64,000 nt of DNA from an uncultured archaeon (lineage in GTDB: Archaea; Thermoproteota; EX4484-205; JAAOZP01), in contig CALIBN010000006.1 of the NCBI GenBank assembly GCA_938045545.1, positions 1 through 64,000 on the forward strand. The letters run 5' to 3'. The notes beneath the pieces are model-generated. The model did no database searches, was not told where the DNA came from, and saw nothing but the letters and a program-made list of their open reading frames with translations. A program made the translations under genes and the position numbers. Positions 10,036 through 19,490 of the stretch are shown in pieces. Each line of letters starts with the position of its first letter. Positions within the stretch are counted from its first letter, which is position 1.

Positions 10036-10359
10036 AACTGCGCGCGCTTTCATTAACACGCTTTTTGGCGTGCACCCTGTTTCCTTGCACTCAATCCCTC
10101 AAAAGTTTTTAAGAGCTGAGACACACTGGTGTGCCTTGCGAAAAATAACCCTGTTTGAATTAATATGTTTAAAGCCTGTTGAAAGAAAAGCGCGTGCTCA
10201 GGAACATAATTCAGGCTTTTTGAGTATGCGATTAGGACTTTTAATCTAGTGCACGCTGTGACCGGGTTTCCTGAAAGAAAACTGTTTAAGGCTAGCGCGG
10301 TGCAATGTATTACAGTAGCGCTTAAAGACTTTTAAGAAGGAATATTAGAAAGTTTTGCC

Positions 10360-11421
10360 ATGAAAGGTGTTATTCTGCATGGCGGCGCCGGCACTCGTCT
10401 TCGGCCCTTGACTTTCAGCGGTCCTAAGCAGCTTATCCCCGTGGCGAATAAGCCTATTAGCCAGTACGTGTTGGAGGATTTGCGGAGTATCGGTGTTATT
10501 GACGTGGCGATTGTTCTGGGCGAAACCTTCCCAGAGCTTGTTCAGCAGTATTACGGTGATGGAAGCAGGTTCCGCGTGAGAATATCGTATGTCCACCAGG
10601 GTAAGCCCCTGGGCATTGCTCATGCAATATACTTGTGTAGGGATATCGTACAGGATGACAGCTTCATAGTTTACCTGGGGGATAATCTTCTTCAGAAGGG
10701 TGTGAAAAAATATTTTGAAAAGTTTCTTGTGAACGATTATGATTGCATGATTCTTTTGAAGGAAGTTGACGATCCCTCCAGGTTCGGAGTCGCCGAGTTC
10801 GATGACAAGGGTAGTCTTGTGAAGCTTGTCGAGAAGCCCAAGGTTCCCCCCAGCAGGTTCGCTCTTGCCGGCGTGTACTTCTTTAAGCCTGTTGTCTTCG
10901 AGATCATTAAAGGTTTGAAACCCAGCTGGAGGGGGGAGCTCGAGATTACCGACGCTATTCAAACAATGCTTGAGAAAGGGTACAAGGTGGGTTACAGCTT
11001 TGTCGACGGTTGGTGGCTCGACACCGGGAAGAAGGACGATATCCTGTATGCCAACTTGCTTATACTCGATGAGTTCGGTGTTAGGGAGATTAAGGGTGAA
11101 CTGATCGACTCGAAGGCCGAGGGCAGGGTTTCCGTGGGCGAGGGAAGCAAGATCATCAACAGCAATATAAGGGGCCCGGCGGCAATCGGGAGTAACTGCA
11201 TAATCCAAGATTCTTTCATCGGCCCCTACACGAGCATAGGTGATAACGCTAGGGTTTTCAACAGTTCGATCGAGTGTTCCATCGTTTTAGAAGGGGCGTG
11301 CATTGACCACGTGGACAGGCTTGAGGAGAGCCTTGTCGGAAGGAACGCGAGGATTGTGAAGAACAGGGCTAGTAATGCTGTAAGGCTCCATATCGGGGAT
11401 TACTCAGAGATAGAGCTATAG
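10360..11421 (+). CDS. rmlA: Glucose-1-phosphate thymidylyltransferase (long form)
   Basis: LHGGAGTRLRPLT, PKQLIPVANKP, YLGDN, VEKP, SWRGELEITD, C-terminal hexapeptide repeats. Confidence 0.95.
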   Translation: MKGVILHGGAGTRLRPLTFSGPKQLIPVANKPISQYVLEDLRSIGVIDVAIVLGETFPELVQQYYGDGSRFRVRISYVHQGKPLGIAHAIYLCRDIVQDDSFIVYLGDNLLQKGVKKYFEKFLVNDYDCMILLKEVDDPSRFGVAEFDDKGSLVKLVEKPKVPPSRFALAGVYFFKPVVFEIIKGLKPSWRGELEITDAIQTMLEKGYKVGYSFVDGWWLDTGKKDDILYANLLILDEFGVREIKGELIDSKAEGRVSVGEGSKIINSNIRGPAAIGSNCIIQDSFIGPYTSIGDNARVFNSSIECSIVLEGACIDHVDRLEESLVGRNARIVKNRASNAVRLHIGDYSEIEL

Positions 11422-11452
11422 GCTTATTACCCTGCATCCGTATGTTTTAATC

Positions 11453-11980
11453 ATGCAGAACGAGGTTAGGGAGCTCCCCCTTTCGGGCGTGAGGCTTCTC
11501 GACCTGACTAGGCATCCTGACGAGCGGGGAGTGTTCACTGAAATCATGCGTTCAGACTGGAAAAGCCTTCTTGGGGAGGATCCTATTCTGCAGGCGAACC
11601 TCTCAGTAACATATCCTAGTATCGTAAGGGCGTGGCACAGGCATAAGAGAGGTCAGGCGGATTATTTTCTCACATTGAAAGGCACGGTAAAAGTCTGCAT
11701 CTACGACGAGGAGGAGGCTCACCTGCTTGAAGCAGTATTGTCTGAGGCCAGAATGCAGGTCCTGAGGGTTCCGGGTTACTACTGGCACGGCTTTAAGGTT
11801 GTGAGCCCCGAGCCCGCCTACCTAGTGTATTTCGTGAACAGGCTTTACGATTATGAGGAGCCTGATGAGGAGAGGAGGCCTTGGGACGACCCTCAAATAG
11901 TTCCCAGGAAGATTAACGGTAGGACTGATGATCCGCGGTGCAACAAGCCGTGGGACTGGTTTTACCCTTCTCACAGGTGA
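11453..11980 (+). CDS. rmlC: dTDP-4-dehydrorhamnose 3,5-epimerase
   Basis: DERGVFTE, QANLS, RAWHRH, WHGF; operon context. Confidence 0.92.
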   Translation: MQNEVRELPLSGVRLLDLTRHPDERGVFTEIMRSDWKSLLGEDPILQANLSVTYPSIVRAWHRHKRGQADYFLTLKGTVKVCIYDEEEAHLLEAVLSEARMQVLRVPGYYWHGFKVVSPEPAYLVYFVNRLYDYEEPDEERRPWDDPQIVPRKINGRTDDPRCNKPWDWFYPSHR

Positions 11981-11984
11981 GAAC

Positions 11985-12986
11985 ATGCGCCTCATAGTTA
12001 CTGGCGGCTGCGGGTTCATAGGAAGCAATTTCATAAGGCACGTGTTAAGCGAACATGAGGACGTTGAGGTTGTTAACGTTGACAACCTTTCCTACGGGTC
12101 TAACCTGAACAACCTGAAGGATCTTGAGGACGATAGGCGGTACAGGTTTGTAAGGGGAAGCATATGCGACACGGGTCTTATGAGCAGGCTCTTGGAGGAT
12201 GCTGAGGCTGTCGTCAATTTCGCCGCAGAGAGCCATGTTGACCGCAGCATAGCTGACCCCTGGCCCTTCTTTAAGAGCAATACTGAGGGCGTCCTAGTCT
12301 TGCTTGAGGCCGTCAGGAGGAGCAGCAGGGACGTTAGGCTCATTCAGGTAGGTACTGACGAGAGCTACGGTGACATTCTCGAAGGTTCTTTCAAGGAGGA
12401 GGATAGGCTTAAGCCTTCAAGCCCCTACGCTGCTTCAAAAGCCTCAGCAGACCTTTTCTACCTAGCCTACCATAGGACCTACGGGTTGAACGTTTGCGTG
12501 ACACGCTGCACGAACAACTTCGGACCATACCAGTTCCCTGAGAAACTCGTTCCGAAGACGATAGTTAGGGCGATGCTGAACCTGAAGATCCCAATATACG
12601 GGACCGGGAGAAACGTGAGAGACTGGATCTATGTCTCAGACCATTGCGAAGCATTAGACATGGTTTTGAGAAAGGGGAGAAAGGGTGAGGTTTACAATGT
12701 TTCAAGTGGAAATGAACTTTCAAATCTTCAGGTTGTAGACAAGATTTTGGAGCTCATGGGTAAGCCTAAAGACCTGGTGGAGTTTGTAGAGGATAGGCCC
12801 GGCCACGACATTCGATACAGCCTCGACTCCTCGAAAATCAGGAGCGAGCTAGGCTGGAGGCCGAGACACAGTTTCATGGAGGCGTTGAAGAACACCGTAG
12901 AATGGTATACGAGTAACGAATGGTGGTGGAAGCCTTTGGCTGGTGAGCAGGTTCTCCACCCCACGCCCTGGAAGCTTAAGTGGTAG
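11985..12986 (+). CDS. rmlB: dTDP-glucose 4,6-dehydratase (ATG at 11985)
   Basis: TGGCGFIG, AAESHVDRSI, PYAASK, NNFGPYQFPEKL, DRPGHD. Confidence 0.95.
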   Translation: MRLIVTGGCGFIGSNFIRHVLSEHEDVEVVNVDNLSYGSNLNNLKDLEDDRRYRFVRGSICDTGLMSRLLEDAEAVVNFAAESHVDRSIADPWPFFKSNTEGVLVLLEAVRRSSRDVRLIQVGTDESYGDILEGSFKEEDRLKPSSPYAASKASADLFYLAYHRTYGLNVCVTRCTNNFGPYQFPEKLVPKTIVRAMLNLKIPIYGTGRNVRDWIYVSDHCEALDMVLRKGRKGEVYNVSSGNELSNLQVVDKILELMGKPKDLVEFVEDRPGHDIRYSLDSSKIRSELGWRPRHSFMEALKNTVEWYTSNEWWWKPLAGEQVLHPTPWKLKW

Positions 12987-13876
12987 CTTTGAAAATACTG
13001 GTTACTGGTGCAAGCGGGCTCCTTGGCCATAAAGTGGTTGAGCTAGCGTTAAAAAAGGGGCACGAGGTCTACTCCCTCTACAGGGAGCATGCGGTGAACA
13101 TGGGTGTACCACTTATGCTCGACATAACCGATTGGGAGAAGCTGTTGAAGGCCATTTCCCAAATTAAGCCGCATGTGATTGTTCATACGGCGGCCTACAC
13201 CGATGTCGACGGTTGTGAAATTAACAAGGATTTAGCCTGGAGGGTGAACGCGGATGCGACTAAAAAAATAGCATTAGCATCAGCCGAGAACAGTTCGCAC
13301 ATGATCTTCATCTCCACAGACTATGTTTTCGACGGTGAGAAAGGTCTTTACCTGGAGGATGACAAACCAAACCCAATCAACTATTATGGTTTTACGAAGC
13401 TGAAGGGAGAAGAATTCGTTAAAGAGTATGCTGCGGAATGGTGCATCGCTAGAACCAGCGTCATCTATGGTTGGAGCCTAACAGGGAAGCTTAACTTCGC
13501 AACATGGTTAATTAACAATTTAAGACAAGGGAGGGAGATTAAAGCTATTACAGATCAGTACGTGTCGCCGACCCTCAACACCAACTTGGCCCAGATGCTT
13601 CTAGAGATCGTGGAGAGGAATATAACTGGTGTGCTGCATACTGCTGGCGCCACCAGGGTCAGCAGATACGAGTATGCCCTGAAGCTTGCCGAAGCACTCA
13701 GCCTAGACAGGGAACTGGTCAAGCCGGCTACAATGAGCAATATTCCGTGGAAAGCCAAGAGGCCCAGAGACTCCTCGCTTAACGTAAGCAAAGCATTAAA
13801 CATGCTTAACGAAAAACCATTAAGCCTGGACCAAGCCCTGCAAGAAATGGGGAAGGAAAAACATTCCGTTTCCTAA
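12980..13876 (+). CDS. rmlD: dTDP-4-dehydrorhamnose reductase
   Basis: TGASGLLG, AAYTDVDGCE, STDYVFDG, YGFTK, AKRP. Confidence 0.93.
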   Translation: MVALKILVTGASGLLGHKVVELALKKGHEVYSLYREHAVNMGVPLMLDITDWEKLLKAISQIKPHVIVHTAAYTDVDGCEINKDLAWRVNADATKKIALASAENSSHMIFISTDYVFDGEKGLYLEDDKPNPINYYGFTKLKGEEFVKEYAAEWCIARTSVIYGWSLTGKLNFATWLINNLRQGREIKAITDQYVSPTLNTNLAQMLLEIVERNITGVLHTAGATRVSRYEYALKLAEALSLDRELVKPATMSNIPWKAKRPRDSSLNVSKALNMLNEKPLSLDQALQEMGKEKHSVS

Positions 13877-13929
13877 AGCTTTTAAGTTGATTATGCTTGA
13901 TTCCTAAGAAAGCATGAGGGTGTTTAGCA

Positions 13930-15453
13930 TTGCCTGACGACGAGGTTTTAAGCGTTGTATCCGTCGCCGTAGGCTCAATATACCTTGTTCTCCAAAACGT
14001 TTTCTCAACCGTTATCGGCATCTTGGGCTACGCTTTCATGGCGAGGGCGATAACACAGGAGGAGATGGGTGTTGTAGCCGGGTTTAATCTTCTTCATTCC
14101 CTCATTCAGGTTCTAGTGGATTTCGGGTTGAACTCTTCGGTCGCGAAGTTTGTTTCAGAGAGCATCGGCAGGAAGGCTGATTACGCTAAGCATGTTTTCT
14201 TAACCCTCGTGTTTAGGCTTCTAGTCTCCCTAGCAGTCTTTCTAATTGTGCTGTCTTCTTCAAAGACTGTTTCCCAAGTCTTCTTCGGAAACCCCGGGTA
14301 CTCAAGCCTGCTTACAATAGTTGCTGTAGACATGACGCTGGCTTCAATAGCTTCTCTTCTGAACAGCGTCCTACTGGGCTCCGGCCGCTTGAAAACCATG
14401 GCTTTCTTCAACACGGCTTCCGTCGCAGCCAGATGGGTTTTAATCATCACTCTCCTCCTCCAGGGCTATGGTTTAACAGGGGTGTTCTACGGATGGATTG
14501 CCGGAAGCCTGGTGCTGCTCACGCTGCTAGTCTTTTCAACCCTAAGGACGACTGGTTCCAGAAGGGGCACTGCAGAGGGACACGCTACTCTTTGGAGCAT
14601 GTTAAGATTCTCCACGCCGGTTTACGTCGCGTCCATGGTTTCCTTCCTCTACAACTGGTATGATAAGGCCCTCATACTCGCCTTCCTCCCGCTTCAACAG
14701 CTCGGAGTATACAACGTGGCTTACACTGCTTTCTCAGTCTTCGTATCCATAGCTTCAGCAATAGGCTCCTCGCTGCTCCCATATTACGGCGTGATGTACG
14801 GTAGGGGTGAGCACTCAGCCATTTCAGACGGCGTTAGGCGGGTAGGCAAGTACACCATGCTGCTTCTCTTCCCGCTTGCACTAGGCTTAGCGTCCACCTC
14901 TAGACAGGTGTTAATCGTTTTCGCAGGCCGGCAGTATGAGCCGGGGTGGCTAACCTTGGCTACGCTATCTGTCTTCGGCCTGGTCTACGGGCTTTCCACA
15001 GCCTTCAGCAGTCTTCTCCTAGTATACGGGAAGACCAGGACTATCCTCCTGGTGACGCTCACTTCAACGCTTCTCAGCATAGTGTTCATGCCTCTGGTAG
15101 CGGTTCTCAACCTGGTTGGCCTCGCCGTCGTCAAGGGGGTATCTATTCTTTTAAGCTTCCTGCTCTCGCTATTCTTCTTAAAGAGGATCATGAGGGTTAG
15201 AATAGACACTATGACTACTTTGAAGACTCTTCTCTCCTCAGTGTTGATGGCAATTGTTGTGCTGGCTGCTCAACAGTTTCTTCAGGGAAGCCTGTTTCTA
15301 CCCATGCATGTTCTAACTGGCGTCGCAGTCTACGCTCTACTAGTCAGGGGCCTCAGGGTTTTGAACAGCGATGACGTTGAGCTTATCGAAGGAGTGTTTG
15401 GAGAAAGGTTTTCCAGATACGTTGTTAGAATAATGGGGATAAAGCGCGGCTAA
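13930..15453 (+). CDS. Oligosaccharide flippase (Wzx/MATE-like polysaccharide biosynthesis protein)
   Basis: About 14 TM helices, LVDFGLNSSVAKFVSE, DKALILAFL, LGVYNVAY; follows the rml genes. Confidence 0.85.
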   Translation: MPDDEVLSVVSVAVGSIYLVLQNVFSTVIGILGYAFMARAITQEEMGVVAGFNLLHSLIQVLVDFGLNSSVAKFVSESIGRKADYAKHVFLTLVFRLLVSLAVFLIVLSSSKTVSQVFFGNPGYSSLLTIVAVDMTLASIASLLNSVLLGSGRLKTMAFFNTASVAARWVLIITLLLQGYGLTGVFYGWIAGSLVLLTLLVFSTLRTTGSRRGTAEGHATLWSMLRFSTPVYVASMVSFLYNWYDKALILAFLPLQQLGVYNVAYTAFSVFVSIASAIGSSLLPYYGVMYGRGEHSAISDGVRRVGKYTMLLLFPLALGLASTSRQVLIVFAGRQYEPGWLTLATLSVFGLVYGLSTAFSSLLLVYGKTRTILLVTLTSTLLSIVFMPLVAVLNLVGLAVVKGVSILLSFLLSLFFLKRIMRVRIDTMTTLKTLLSSVLMAIVVLAAQQFLQGSLFLPMHVLTGVAVYALLVRGLRVLNSDDVELIEGVFGERFSRYVVRIMGIKRG

Positions 15454-15474
15454 TTTTCATACTCGAAGGTAAGA

Positions 15475-15726
15475 ATGCGAATAAAGATGAAGATTGGGCC
15501 TAAAGGCCAGATTGTCATACCTAAGATAATCAGGGAAGCCCTAGGGATTCAGCCTGGAGACGAAATCGTTATGGAGGTTAGGGAAAAAAATTGTTGATGA
15601 AGCCTGAACTAGATCCGGAGAAGTTTGTTGAAGAGTTCTTCTCCACGGGGAAAGAAGCTAACACGGAAAATAGACTTGAAGAGGATTATGGAGGAAGAGG
15701 CTGAGGATAGGCTTGCCCTAAGTTGA
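15475..15726 (+). pseudogene. AbrB/MazE/SpoVT-family antitoxin, frameshifted
   Basis: MRIKMKIGPKGQIVIPKIIREALGIQPGDEIV is an AbrB-type motif. Frameshifts at the A-run near 15584-15590 and near 15650. Confidence 0.8.
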
Positions 15727-16108
15727 CTCCAACATCTTCATATACCCTGTAATCTATGATCCAGCATCCGTTCGCGAGGCAGCAAACGCTGGAAGCTTCC
15801 TGCTGCACGTGCAAATAGAGGCCTACGCTTCATCCGTCACTTGGGACGAGGTCGCATGGGCTGCTCGAAAAATCCTTGGAGTAGCTTATCGATGGGTCAG
15901 GGGAGAAAATTCCTGGATTTCCCAAACCTGAAAATCCTACCAGTGAAAAAGACGACAGCTATGAAAGCACAGGATCTGACGGAGGAATATGAGCTTAAGC
16001 CCAGAGACGCGCTGCAAGCTGCAATAGCCCTGGAAAACAAGATAACAACCATAGTAAGCTATGACGAAGACTTATAAAATCAAGGTTATTAAAAGAATCG
16101 AGCCTTAA
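15713..16108 (+). pseudogene. vapC: VapC PIN toxin pseudogene
   Basis: TTG-CCC-TAA-VDSNIFIY has an in-frame stop at codon 3. TWDEV follows, then shifted LKPRDALQAAIA and IVSYDED, then shifted KIKVIKRIEP*. Confidence 0.8.
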
Positions 16109-16369
16109 ACGGTTAGAGTATTGCAAGAATTAGCACGCGCGAGTTGAAAAACGAGGGTTAAGCGAACATTCTGGTGGTTGGCGGCTATTCGAGGGGCATG
16201 GCTGTTAAGATAGCTGGAGGGAGGGATGTGAAAGCAGTCTGGCGTGCTCGATAAAAGGGTAAAGCGTGCGCTACGGGCTTCTAAGCCTTTTGAAAAGGTT
16301 GAAGGATGCAGGTGGTTTACGTATGCAGGAGGGCTCTAGGAGTTTAGGCTAAAAACATGTGTTATTCAA

Positions 16370-16412
16370 GGTAGACCATAAGATTTATAAAATGGTCTAC
16401 CATTGGTATACC
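16370..16412 (+). promoter_or_regulatory. Palindromic operator wrapped around the TATA box of the vapBC operon at 16423
   Basis: GGTAGACCAT (16370-16379) and its perfect inverse ATGGTCTACC (16392-16401) flank TTTATAAA. A third related site, GGTATACC, lies at 16405-16412. Confidence 0.7.
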
Positions 16413-16422
16413 GAAGAATCGC

Positions 16423-16653
16423 ATGAGCGTTGTAAGCGTTAAGGTTGAAAAGGAAATAAAGGATAAGATGATGAAATACAAGGATAGGGTTAACTGGGCC
16501 CAGGAGTTTAGAAGATTCATCGAGGACAGGATTAGGCAGCTTGAGGCTGAGGAGAACTTCAAGACGCTTATTGAAGCTTTGGAAAGAGCCTCGTGGAGCG
16601 TGCCGAAGGGCTTCTCAACAAGGAGCGTGAGGGAGGACCGTGATAGTGGCTGA
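16423..16653 (+). CDS. vapB: VapB-like RHH antitoxin
   Basis: MSVVSVKVEKEIKDKM...VNWAQEFRRFIE...SVREDRDS; overlaps vapC. Confidence 0.85.
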   Translation: MSVVSVKVEKEIKDKMMKYKDRVNWAQEFRRFIEDRIRQLEAEENFKTLIEALERASWSVPKGFSTRSVREDRDSG

Positions 16654-17035
16654 CTCCTCAGCCATCATAGCCTTCTTTCTTCGCGAGGATGGCTGGGGCG
16701 AGCTCTCCAAATACATGGCTACAACCACGTCTATAGACCACGCTGTTAAAGAGTTTTATAATGCCGTGTGGAAGGCAGTAAACATTAAGAGAATAAGCGT
16801 TGAAGACGCTCCGCGTGTTTTAGCGTTGTTCAAAGACTATGTTAAAAGAAACATGGAGCTTAGGAGGGAAGAGGAGTATACGGATAAAGCGTTTGAAATA
16901 GCCTTGGAAAACGGGATAACGATCTACGACGCACTCTACATAACCCTAGCACTGGAAGAGAGGGGATCGCTGCTCACGCTCGACGATAAGCAACGCCATG
17001 TGTCCAAGAGGCTTGGAATCACAACCATACCATAA
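16640..17035 (+). CDS. vapC: VapC PIN-domain toxin
   Basis: IVADSSAI, KEFYNAVWK, TIYDALYI, LLTLD. Confidence 0.9.
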   Translation: MIVADSSAIIAFFLREDGWGELSKYMATTTSIDHAVKEFYNAVWKAVNIKRISVEDAPRVLALFKDYVKRNMELRREEEYTDKAFEIALENGITIYDALYITLALEERGSLLTLDDKQRHVSKRLGITTIP

Positions 17036-17288
17036 ACTAAAACAGTTGTGCGCACTAGGCTAAAACACCAGCTTTTGCTTCAGAGTATCTCAAGTCCAGC
17101 CTGCTGAAGGTTGACGCTGGAATCTCTGGGCTGTGCAGCAGGCACGGGGTCTCATCCTCAAGCGATGTTGCGCTCCAGATGTCATGCTCGTAAATGTCAC
17201 ATCCTTCTCGAGGCGATTAAGCCTGACATGTTTGCTGCCCTCACCTACCCATAAAGACTATATACTTTTTCAACACAATCATTAAGCT

Positions 17289-18917
17289 GTGAGCCTACCG
17301 CAGCCGGAGCCGCCTCCAGAGTTCCCTTCGCCACCCTACCCGTTACTGGTTACACATGCTTCTCTAGAAAGCCTGTTCAACGTGTCCTACTGGCTCTGGA
17401 GGCTTAACCCGTCCTCAATACTTCCAGTGATTCTGAGCAGCGCGGTCGACGTTTTAAAGCAATCGATAATTGTCGTTACACTCATAGCTGGCCTAATTCA
17501 GCTTGCGGCAGCAGGGGTTCTAAGGGCGATTGCAGAGTCTATCGGAACTGGAGACATCTCCAGACTAGTTTCGACACTGTCCCCAGTAATGCCGGCAATC
17601 ATAATAGCGGCTGCAATATCCGTATTCGTTTTCCTAACAGCGTCAATCTTGGCTGGCGGTTTTCTGAACTCCGCTGAATACGGTTCCTACCTCCTTCTTC
17701 TGCAAAAAGGCAGTGTTTCAATAGGAGATGTTTTCGAAGAGATGAGGCTCAAGTGGGTTAAGATGGCTTGGACAGTGCTGATTGTCGAAACAATAAAGAT
17801 TCTCCCGGTGCTAATAGTTTTGGCTTCAATACTCGCAGATGCTTTACGCCTGCTTTCCGCGAGCCCAGATCCTTCGACTGTTTTAGGCAGAGTGTTTCTA
17901 TGGCTTAGCCTCGCAATACTCGCGTCAGTCTCCACATTGGTCTTAGCGGTTTTAACAGTCTACGCTTACCCCGCGGCTGCAGACGGGGCATATGGTTTTA
18001 GCGCCGTGAGGAGAAGCATAGGGACATGCTTAAGGCTCCCCGCGAACACGGTGGCATACTGTATTCTAAGAGTCTTATCCGTCGTGCCGATGTCTATTGC
18101 CGCGTTTCTGGCAGGCCTGCTCGGCGTCCAGCTCTCGTCAATCGCAACCGTGATTCTAAGTTTCCTCGTGACACCGGTTTTCCACATTTTTAAGACAATG
18201 CTTTTTCTAAAGGGAAAGCCTGAACCATTTGTCACCCCGCTTCCAGTCGGCCCCCCTGTTTCAAAAGATGTTTTCCCGCATGTTTTAAACGCGGGTTTTA
18301 AAAGGGTTAAGAAGGGGTTAAGCGAGCTCGTCGACTTCCTGGCTGAGCCTAAGAACATGGTTTTCCACCTTTCCTCAGCAATAGTTTTCTCCCTTGGGGT
18401 AATCCTCGGGAAACAGTTATCCTCCTCAGGGATTAAGTCGATAATCTACGCTTTAGGATACGTGCCGGGGAAGGTGAGCACCATTTTTGAAGCGGCCTAC
18501 GGCCTGCCATTCTTGGCTCTCGACATATCCTTCCATAACTGGCAGGTTTCGCTCGCAACAGCCCTATCCGGAATCATATTTGTAGCTCCGGTGCTTGCAA
18601 CCCTTGTTTTCAACGGGTTCATCCTGGGGGTGGTTGAAGACATTGTTCAAAACCTAGCAATGTTCCTAGCAGCAATACTTCCACACGGCGTAATAGAACT
18701 CCCCGCCTTCCTGATAGCCGGCTCAGCCGGGTTAAGCCTGGGAGTAGAGTTTCTGAAGGCTTTAAAGAGGGGAAGCGTGAGCTCAGACCCCGGGTTACAC
18801 AATGCTTTAAGAAGAACAGTATACATTGTCTTCGGCCTAATTCCTGTCTTCATCATAGCAGGCGTCATAGAGACGTTTGTCACACCGTTTTTAATGCGGC
18901 TCTATGGCTGGCGCTAA
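17289..18917 (+). CDS. Multi-pass membrane protein with C-terminal SpoIIM-family (PF01944-like) domain
   Basis: C-terminal ISFHN, LVFNGFILG, ILPHGVIELPA, IAGVIETFVTP. Extra N-terminal hydrophobic domain of about 300 aa. Confidence 0.75.
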   Translation: MSLPQPEPPPEFPSPPYPLLVTHASLESLFNVSYWLWRLNPSSILPVILSSAVDVLKQSIIVVTLIAGLIQLAAAGVLRAIAESIGTGDISRLVSTLSPVMPAIIIAAAISVFVFLTASILAGGFLNSAEYGSYLLLLQKGSVSIGDVFEEMRLKWVKMAWTVLIVETIKILPVLIVLASILADALRLLSASPDPSTVLGRVFLWLSLAILASVSTLVLAVLTVYAYPAAADGAYGFSAVRRSIGTCLRLPANTVAYCILRVLSVVPMSIAAFLAGLLGVQLSSIATVILSFLVTPVFHIFKTMLFLKGKPEPFVTPLPVGPPVSKDVFPHVLNAGFKRVKKGLSELVDFLAEPKNMVFHLSSAIVFSLGVILGKQLSSSGIKSIIYALGYVPGKVSTIFEAAYGLPFLALDISFHNWQVSLATALSGIIFVAPVLATLVFNGFILGVVEDIVQNLAMFLAAILPHGVIELPAFLIAGSAGLSLGVEFLKALKRGSVSSDPGLHNALRRTVYIVFGLIPVFIIAGVIETFVTPFLMRLYGWR

Positions 18918-18962
18918 ACCACTGTTCAAGTGGGTTTCAGGCTCCCGCCCGTTTAGCCTTGC

Positions 18963-19398
18963 TCAAATCATCAGTATAAGGGCTCCTAGGAAAACAAGTA
19001 TCCCGGCAGCGACTGTTTTGAGGGACAGTTCCTCGCCGAGCACCAAGTATGAGGGCACTATTAATGAATAGTATGCTTGTCCTGTCTACCGTGGCAACCT
19101 TCGAGGCGTCTGCCAGCTTTAAGGCGGCGAAGTAGAACACCCATGAGAGCCCACCGCTTACGCCGCTAAGTATTATGAAAAGCATGTCTTTCTGCGTTAA
19201 CTCTGCTATTTGCGAGGCTCTTCCGAGAAGGATTATTACTCCAATCATTGTCGCAGCCATTATTAACGCCCTGACTCCAGCGGCCACGGTTGAGTCAACC
19301 GTCTTCAATCCTATTTTACCGAATATCGTGACTAATGCTGCGAAGAAGGCTGAGAGGAAGGCTAGGACGAGCCATGCCCCAACACCATCCGGATTCAT
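18963..19398 (-). CDS. EamA-family small transporter, one frameshift
   Basis: AFLSAFFAALVTIFGKIGL, GLSWVFYFAALK, VDRTSILF. Removing one base near 19062 restores LGEELSLKTVAAGILVFLGALILMI*. Confidence 0.82.
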
Positions 19399-19490
19399 AA
19401 AACTTTTTGTCTTGAGCAATATATTAGTTTTAGTTCCACTATGCTTGACAGCATAGTAAGACTTAAATTTTCGAAAGTACTTTCATAACC

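Noticed and set aside
10345-11208. 287-aa minus-strand ORF
   Set aside because: Antisense shadow of rmlA with no recognisable motifs.
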